This document shows positions 10,280 through 16,569 of a DNA stretch of 64,000 nucleotides, piece after piece. The notes beneath the pieces are model-generated. The model was given only the letters and a program-made list of their open reading frames with translations. It was not told the origin of the DNA and made no database searches. The stretch's first letter is position 1, and each line of letters begins with the position of its first letter. A program made the position numbers and the translations under genes. Source of the DNA: Ruminococcus sp. (GTDB lineage Bacteria; Bacillota; Clostridia; Oscillospirales; Ruminococcaceae); contig JAFSBM010000037.1 in assembly GCA_017437285.1 (NCBI GenBank), positions 21,320-85,319 on the forward strand, read 5' to 3'.

Positions 10280-10520
10280 ATATGAAACTCAATGACTGAG
10301 AGAGTAGGCTGAAAATGAAGTCCACAGAGAGGAACACATTGGTGCGAGTGTTCTGACGGAGTATTGGCTGAAGTTCACTCACGAGAGGCAGAGTTGAATG
10401 CATATGCTGTGTAGGCTCTGACGTAAGTCTGCGTTATAGACAAGAGAGTGTCGGCTCTCCCGAAAATGGGTGGTATAGCAAGTTAGTCTTGTCCTGTTTG
10501 GGATGGGACTCTTTTTATTT
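10280..10520 (+). promoter_or_regulatory. T-box riboswitch leader with a Phe specifier
   Basis: AGAGA-type stem I elements. Specifier-loop GAAG-UUC-A has UUC at 10374-10376. T-box sequence AAAUGGGUGGUAUAGCA at 10464-10480. Terminator stem 10485-10494/10501-10510 is followed by CUUUUU. Confidence 0.8.
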
Positions 10521-10552
10521 ACGGCACAAATAAATATACAGGAGTGATTTTT

Positions 10553-11581
10553 TTGAAAGAACAGCTTGAAAGAATTGAAACGCTGGCGAAGCAGGAAATG
10601 GAGTCCTGCACAGACATTAAGGCACTTGACGATTTAAGAGTCAAGTATCTGGGAAAAAAAGGTGAGCTTACTGCTATTTTAAAGCAAATGGGTAAGCTTT
10701 CCGCTGAGGAAAGACCTGTTATCGGTCAGCTTGCAAATCAGGTTAGAGCTGATATTGAAGAAGCTCTCAGCACAAAGCTTGTTGCATTAAAGGCAAACGC
10801 ACAGGCTGAACAGCTTAAATCCGAAACAATTGATATTACTCTCCCCGGAAAGACAGCTCCAATGGGTAAGCTTCACCCTCTTACAAAGGTTGAGAACGAA
10901 ATCCGTGAAATATTCATGGGTATGGGCTTTGATATTGCCGACGGTCCTGAGGTTGACGACGATTATCACGTATTCGAGGCGTTGAACCTTCCTCCCGACC
11001 ACCCTGCAAGAGATACACAGGATACATTCTACATCGAGGGAACAGATGAAACAGTTCTCCTCCGTACACAGACTTCATCTGTACAGGTTCACGTAATGGA
11101 AACTCAGAAACCGCCAATCAGAATTATTTCACCTGGCAGAGTTTTCCGTTCTGACGCTGTAGACGCCACACATTCACCTCTTTTCCACCAGATTGAGGGA
11201 CTTGTAATTGATAAGGGAATCAAGATGAGCGACCTCAAGGGTACACTTGAAATGCTTATGAAGAAGCTTTACGGAAATGACTGCAAGCTTCGTTTCCGTC
11301 CTCACCACTTCCCATTCACAGAACCTTCATGTGAAGTTGATATAAGCTGCTTCAACTGCGGCGGATGCGGATGCTCCATGTGTAAGGACGAGGGATATAT
11401 CGAGCTTCTCGGTGCAGGTATGGTTCATCCTAAGGTGCTTGAAAACTGCGGTATTGACAGTACTGAATATTCAGGCTTTGCATTCGGACTTGGTCTGGAG
11501 CGTATGGTTATGGGACGTTACGACATTAACGACCTCCGTCTGCTTTATGAGAATGATGTAAGATTCTTAGAGCAGTTCTGA
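10553..11581 (+). CDS. pheS: Phenylalanine--tRNA ligase alpha subunit
   Basis: Class II aaRS motifs (HPARDTQDTFY, FRPHHFPFTEPS, GAGMVHP). The TTG at 10553 is preferred because AGGAG lies 8 nt upstream. The track GTG at 10544 overlaps the RBS. Confidence 0.93.
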   Translation: MKEQLERIETLAKQEMESCTDIKALDDLRVKYLGKKGELTAILKQMGKLSAEERPVIGQLANQVRADIEEALSTKLVALKANAQAEQLKSETIDITLPGKTAPMGKLHPLTKVENEIREIFMGMGFDIADGPEVDDDYHVFEALNLPPDHPARDTQDTFYIEGTDETVLLRTQTSSVQVHVMETQKPPIRIISPGRVFRSDAVDATHSPLFHQIEGLVIDKGIKMSDLKGTLEMLMKKLYGNDCKLRFRPHHFPFTEPSCEVDISCFNCGGCGCSMCKDEGYIELLGAGMVHPKVLENCGIDSTEYSGFAFGLGLERMVMGRYDINDLRLLYENDVRFLEQF

Positions 11582-11604
11582 TTATAGAAGGTATAGGGAT
11601 TTTT

Positions 11605-12237
11605 ATGAAAAGGGCAAATAAAACAGTTATTATTTCAATAATACTTATAATAGTTACGATTATTCTAACCGTTCTTTTTCCTGACAGCGGAACTCCTGTC
11701 TTTATATTACTTTTAGTTTTTTTGATATTTCCATTTGTTACGAGAATAGTTAACGGAAATAAGAATCAAAAACTGGTTTATGAGCGTCTTGGAGTGTCAA
11801 CTAAGGAAGAATATTATCGGGCATTATCGGAATTTAATGAACTTATAGCAAACAGATTGTACATTAAGGACGATTTGATAATTAATATTAATTCTTACGA
11901 TATGTATTACATTAATGAAATTGTAAGTATTGAAAAAGTTAATCGTCGTCATTATTCCCGCTATGGTCATACGTATCGTAATATTTCATATGAACTTAAA
12001 ATTATAACAGATTCAATTATTGATACACTCAAATACGATACAAACGTATCAGGCCGTGACTGTGCATATCTGCTTTTGTCGAGAAAGCTGACAGAATTCA
12101 GACAAGATACAGCCGGTGATGTCTATGACGGCTTTGTAAGCAATGAAAAGGCTTATTCTATGGATGAATATGATGATATGATTATGGACGAAGAAGATAT
12201 AAAGGACAGAGAAAACAGAAGTGACTGGCTTGGTTAA
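11605..12237 (+). CDS. Cassette ORF A: 2-TM protein with a soluble C-terminal domain and acidic tail, function unknown
   Basis: 210 aa. Two hydrophobic helices (aa 7-26 and 31-49), then a ~120-aa domain and a DE-rich tail (MDEYDDMIMDEEDIKD). AT-rich codon usage unlike pheS. Confidence 0.6.
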   Translation: MKRANKTVIISIILIIVTIILTVLFPDSGTPVFILLLVFLIFPFVTRIVNGNKNQKLVYERLGVSTKEEYYRALSEFNELIANRLYIKDDLIININSYDMYYINEIVSIEKVNRRHYSRYGHTYRNISYELKIITDSIIDTLKYDTNVSGRDCAYLLLSRKLTEFRQDTAGDVYDGFVSNEKAYSMDEYDDMIMDEEDIKDRENRSDWLG

Positions 12238-12282
12238 AAGAGTAGCATATGACAATTTTAAATTATAAAAGAGGTGAAAATT

Positions 12283-13074
12283 ATGGATGATAAAAAGAAA
12301 AAAGCCATAGAGTTGCTTGTTGATTCCAGTATAGAAAATTTTGTAACTGGTTTAACATCACGTTATGAAAAAGAAGTTGATAGTGATTTTGGTGTTGTTA
12401 ATATGAAAAAGAATAACTGTTTTATTGCTGAACTGGGAGAAGAATTTATGTTCTATTCTGCCTTTGTTCGCAGTTTTGACAGTAGTTTCGGAAATGTTTT
12501 GGAAACATTGGGAAATAATATTGCAAAATTATCTTATGATGTAAGAGGAAATATTAATTCTTTTATGTTGCCGGACCAGACTCAAAGAATAGCTTCTATT
12601 CTTGATAGTTATGGTAAGCATACATCAACACCTGCAATTAGTCATTATGAAAATTTTGATGTAATTTACCCTAAAAATACTGTAAGTTTTCAAACAACTC
12701 ATGTAACTGATAATTATTTTTATAATCCTGATACAAATGAGCATTATCTCATTATGTTAAAATCTCTTGATAATTGTAATACACAACAAGTTTATCATGA
12801 TAAAGAAGAATTGCTTACTCAATTTTTTCTCTTGAAAAATTCACTAAGTAATGAGAATGAAATAAAAATATTATTGTTTTATTGTCTGCCTTTTGAAACC
12901 GAACTGAATAATAGCAACAATTTTATTCTTAATATATTTGAGCCTAATGAATTCTTATTAGGAAAACAATACTGGAATTTTGTTTGCGATGATAATAATG
13001 GTTATTCAATTGTATCTAATCAGGTGAAAAAATCAATAGAAAAGCACATTCTGAAAGTAGGTTTATATGACTAA
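12283..13074 (+). CDS. Cassette ORF B: restriction-endonuclease-like protein, possibly TdeIII-like (unverified)
   Basis: 263 aa from the ATG at 12283 (AAGAGG 8 nt upstream). The SFDSSFGNVLE, TD...YLIMLKS and LLGKQYWNFV segments resemble my recollection of the TdeIII type II REase family. No search was run. Confidence 0.5.
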   Translation: MDDKKKKAIELLVDSSIENFVTGLTSRYEKEVDSDFGVVNMKKNNCFIAELGEEFMFYSAFVRSFDSSFGNVLETLGNNIAKLSYDVRGNINSFMLPDQTQRIASILDSYGKHTSTPAISHYENFDVIYPKNTVSFQTTHVTDNYFYNPDTNEHYLIMLKSLDNCNTQQVYHDKEELLTQFFLLKNSLSNENEIKILLFYCLPFETELNNSNNFILNIFEPNEFLLGKQYWNFVCDDNNGYSIVSNQVKKSIEKHILKVGLYD

Positions 13075-13699
13075 AGTAGAAGCGATAGAAGCCTTAATGC
13101 ATGAATACAATGGGATAATAACTTTAGAAATAATATATAATGAAATAGAAAAGTATTATCCAAACGCTAAATCATCAAACGAGTGGAAATCAGGGCTTAG
13201 AGGTGTCTTATATAGGGAGTTAGGAAAGAAATTTAAACGAATTGATAAATCAATATATTCCCTTATAGATTATGATGAGCGTAATCTAATAGTTCCACAA
13301 AAAGACCTGTTGATTACAGAGCAAGAGGTATTATCCATTGTCAGAACACAACAGCAGAATTTTAGAAAAAAGCTTTTAAATCATCTGAATTTATGCCCTA
13401 TCACATTGATTAATGATAAAAGACTTTTAGTAGCGAGTCATATTAAGCCTTGGTGTTTATCAAATAATGATGAAAGAGTAGACATATATAATGGTTTTAT
13501 GTTGTCGCCACTTTATGATAAATTGTTTGATAGTGGCTTGATAACATTTACAGACCATAAAGAATTATTAGTATCTTCTTCTTTATCTGAAGATACAATA
13601 AAAAAGCTAAATATAAACACAGGTATTTATGATAAACTTCCAGTTAAAGGAAGAGAAAAATATCTGGAATTTCATAATGAAAAAATTTTTATAAAATAA
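13067..13699 (+). CDS. Cassette ORF C: HNH nuclease (HNH_2-type) with an N-terminal wHTH-like domain
   Basis: The motif ASHIKPW...NGFMLSPLYDKLFDSGLITF matches the HNH_2 pattern (H-I-x-P ... N-G ... H/Y-x-x-F-D). The ATG overlaps the ORF B stop by 8 nt (ATGACTAA). Confidence 0.7.
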   Translation: MTKVEAIEALMHEYNGIITLEIIYNEIEKYYPNAKSSNEWKSGLRGVLYRELGKKFKRIDKSIYSLIDYDERNLIVPQKDLLITEQEVLSIVRTQQQNFRKKLLNHLNLCPITLINDKRLLVASHIKPWCLSNNDERVDIYNGFMLSPLYDKLFDSGLITFTDHKELLVSSSLSEDTIKKLNINTGIYDKLPVKGREKYLEFHNEKIFIK

Positions 13700-13726
13700 A
13701 AATTTTATTTAGAAAGGAAAAATTAT

Positions 13727-16183
13727 ATGAATTTATCAATGAAATGGCTCGCTGATTATGTTGATGTCAACGTGCCTATAAAAGATTATTGTCACGCTCT
13801 TACAATGAGCGGTTCAAAGGTAGAGGGCTATGAAATTGAGGGAGAGAAGATTTCCAAGGTTGTAGTAGGAAAAATTCTCTCAAAAGGACCTCACGAAAAC
13901 GCTGATGCTCTCTTTGTATGTCAGGTTGAAGTAGGAGCAGATGCTCCCATTCAGATTGTAACTAATGCAAAAAACGTCAAGGAGGGTGATATTGTTCCTG
14001 TTGCTCTTGACGGTGCTGTACTTCCTGAGGGAAAAATCAAGAAAGGCAAACTCCGTGGCGTTGAAAGCTTTGGTATGTTCTGCGGTCTTGATACTCTCGG
14101 ACTTACAATTAACGATTTCCCTTACGCTGACCCTGAGGGAGTTCTTGTAATTGAAGAAGAATGTGAAATAGGACAGGATATTCATGAGGCTCTAGGTCTT
14201 AATGACACATCAGTTGAGTTTGAAATCACATCAAACCGTCCTGACTGTCTTAGCGTTATTGGTCTTGCAAGAGAAACTGCTGCAACATATAATCTCCCCC
14301 TCACAGTAAAAGAACCTGAATTCAAAGGCGTTGAGGGCGATATCAACGAGATGCTCAAAGTTGATATTCACAACACAGAGAAGTGCCAGAGATATTGTGC
14401 AGGTATCGTTAAGAACGTAAAAATCGGTTCTTCACCTCGCTGGATGAGAGAAAGACTCCGTGCAAGCGGTGTTCGTCCTATCAACAATTTCGTTGATATT
14501 ACAAACTATGTAATGCTCGAATATGGTCAGCCTATGCACGCATTTGACCTCCGCTATGTTGAGGGCGGTCACATCAATGTAAGAAATGCTGTAAATGGCG
14601 AAAAGATTATGACTCTTGACGGTGTTGAGCGTGAACTTACAGAAGATATGCTCGTTATTGCTGACGAGAAAAAGCCTGTTGCAGTTGCAGGTGTTATGGG
14701 CGGTGAGTACAGCGGAATTATGGATGACACAACAACAGTTGTATTCGAGTCCGCATACTTTGAGCCGTCACAGGTTCGCCGTACTTCAAAGAACCTCAAA
14801 TTAAAGTCTGACGCTTCATCACGTTATGAAAAGGGCGTTGACCGTCTTATTTCAATGACTTGCCTTAAACGTGCATTTGAGCTTGTTGAGGAGCTTGGAG
14901 CAGGTGAGGTTGTAAAAACTGTAATTGACTGCGATTACACAGATAAGACTCCTGCATGCGTTGATTTCGATTCTGCTTGGATTAACGAATTCCTCGGAAC
15001 TGAAATTCCCGAAGCTGATATGATTGATTATCTCAATCGCCTTGGCTTTGAGGTTAAGGACGGTAAGGTTTATGCACCTTCATTCCGTATTGACATTGAG
15101 TGCCGTGCTGATATTGCAGAAGAAGTTGCAAGAATTTACGGCTACAATAACATTCCCTCAACTGATTTCAGAGGTGTTGCAAAGGCTGAATTCACAGAGG
15201 AACAGAAATTTGTACGTACATTAAGAAACACATCTGCATCACTTGGCGGATATGAAATTGCTACATATTCATTCGTTTCACCTAAGTATTTCGACAAAAT
15301 CAGACTTTCTGAGGACAGCAAGCTCCGCAAGGTTGTAAGAATTGTAAATCCTCTCGGTGAGGATACAAGCGTTATGAGAACAACTACTATACCCTCAATG
15401 CTTGATGTACTTTCATTCAACTACAATAACCGTAACGAAAAGGCTTGCCTTTTTGAGATTTCCAAGGAATATATTCCTGTTGCTGAAAAGCGTAATTATG
15501 AGGGAGATGAGGCTATTCTCGTAAATAGCGGAAAGCTCCGTCACGAGTACAAGTATCAGCTTCCCGATGAGCCACAGCGTCTTACAATCGGTATGTACGG
15601 CGGTGACGCTGATTTCTACACATTAAAGGGTATGGTTGAGCAGATTTTTGCTGAAATCAATATTGATGATGTAGAGTACATCCGTGCAAATGACTGCGAT
15701 GTATTTGATGAAAAGTCAGCATTCCACCCAGGCAGAAGTGCTGTTATTGTCAAGGACGGTAAATATCTCGGAATTATGGGCGAAATTCACCCCGAAGTAC
15801 AGGAGAATTACAAGCTTGGTGTCAAGACATATGCTGCAAAGCTTAATATTCCTGAAATGCTTGAACTTTCCTGCGATGAAATTTCCTATAAGCCCCTTCC
15901 TAAGTTCCCTGCATCAACTCGTGACCTCAGCGTTATTGTTGACGATGAAGTTCCGGTTGCAGCAATTGAAAAGGCTATCCGTGGAGCAGTAGGCAAGATT
16001 CTTGAAAAGGTTACACTTTTCGACGTATACAAGGGCAAGCAGATTGAGGAGGGCAAAAAGTCCGTTTCATACTCAATTTCAATGCGTTCACACGAGGGTA
16101 CACTCACAGATGAGCAGGCTGACGGTGCAATGAAAAAGGTACTTAAAGCACTTGCTGAAATTGGTGCAGAACTCAGAATGTAA
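13727..16183 (+). CDS. pheT: Phenylalanine--tRNA ligase beta subunit
   Basis: 818 aa. The N-terminus MNLSMKWLADYV, an EMAP/tRNA-binding domain, the B3/4 and B5 regions and a C-terminal FDX-ACB region are all recognisable. Confidence 0.93.
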   Translation: MNLSMKWLADYVDVNVPIKDYCHALTMSGSKVEGYEIEGEKISKVVVGKILSKGPHENADALFVCQVEVGADAPIQIVTNAKNVKEGDIVPVALDGAVLPEGKIKKGKLRGVESFGMFCGLDTLGLTINDFPYADPEGVLVIEEECEIGQDIHEALGLNDTSVEFEITSNRPDCLSVIGLARETAATYNLPLTVKEPEFKGVEGDINEMLKVDIHNTEKCQRYCAGIVKNVKIGSSPRWMRERLRASGVRPINNFVDITNYVMLEYGQPMHAFDLRYVEGGHINVRNAVNGEKIMTLDGVERELTEDMLVIADEKKPVAVAGVMGGEYSGIMDDTTTVVFESAYFEPSQVRRTSKNLKLKSDASSRYEKGVDRLISMTCLKRAFELVEELGAGEVVKTVIDCDYTDKTPACVDFDSAWINEFLGTEIPEADMIDYLNRLGFEVKDGKVYAPSFRIDIECRADIAEEVARIYGYNNIPSTDFRGVAKAEFTEEQKFVRTLRNTSASLGGYEIATYSFVSPKYFDKIRLSEDSKLRKVVRIVNPLGEDTSVMRTTTIPSMLDVLSFNYNNRNEKACLFEISKEYIPVAEKRNYEGDEAILVNSGKLRHEYKYQLPDEPQRLTIGMYGGDADFYTLKGMVEQIFAEINIDDVEYIRANDCDVFDEKSAFHPGRSAVIVKDGKYLGIMGEIHPEVQENYKLGVKTYAAKLNIPEMLELSCDEISYKPLPKFPASTRDLSVIVDDEVPVAAIEKAIRGAVGKILEKVTLFDVYKGKQIEEGKKSVSYSISMRSHEGTLTDEQADGAMKKVLKALAEIGAELRM

Positions 16184-16201
16184 TAAAATAGTATAAAGAT
16201 T

Positions 16202-16247
16202 AAACCGACAATTAGGGCATAAATGCTTTAATTGTCGGTTTTTCTTC
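16202..16247 (+). terminator. Rho-independent terminator of the pheST operon
   Basis: AAACCGACAATT ... AATTGTCGGTTT stem followed by TTTCTTC. Confidence 0.7.
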
Positions 16248-16277
16248 ATTTTGTCCACCTTTTATTCATTTTATCCG

Positions 16278-16306
16278 TTGACATATATTACAAATTGATT
16301 TAAAAT
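16278..16306 (+). promoter_or_regulatory. Sigma-A type promoter upstream of MITE copy 1 and the GH43 gene
   Basis: TTGACA, 17 nt, TAAAAT. Confidence 0.5.
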
Positions 16307-16361
16307 TAATATATAGGATTTAGTTTATTTTTAATTTTGGGTTTAAGGCAATATTGCTATA

Positions 16362-16520
16362 GGGCATCTCTAAAAACCCCTTTTGAGAAAAAAACAGCTA
16401 TGCACGACATCTGCTGCGTCAACCTCCCTTGGAGTGCGAAAGCACGCCTTCGGAAGCTTTCCTTGCAGCTGCCGCACCTATCTGTTTTTTCTTTAATCAA
16501 ACGAGTTTTTAGAGATGCCC
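16362..16520 (+). mobile_element. MITE-like element, copy 1 (159 bp)
   Basis: Perfect 16-bp TIR GGGCATCTCTAAAAAC / GTTTTTAGAGATGCCC. Flanked by direct TATA/TATA. Near-identical to copies at 25948, 28113 and 49106. Confidence 0.65.
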
Positions 16521-16569
16521 TATACAATGTGATATGCCTTTATTTTGGATAATTAATGAGGTGTTAAAA

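Noticed and set aside
11575-13726. Similarity of the two cassette junctions (TTATAGAAGG after pheS and TTTAGAAAGG before pheT) as a possible target-site duplication
   Set aside because: Only 7-8 nt match, and the sequence is essentially an RBS-like purine run. This is too short to support a TSD claim.
16337-16552. ORFs reading through the MITE copies (16337-16552, 28078-28320, 49090-49362, 49149-49505) that share peptide fragments such as ASLKTPFEKK and LIKRVFRDAL
   Set aside because: The shared peptides only reflect repeated DNA. A poly-A length difference shifts the frame between copies, and there is no RBS, so a conserved protein is unlikely.
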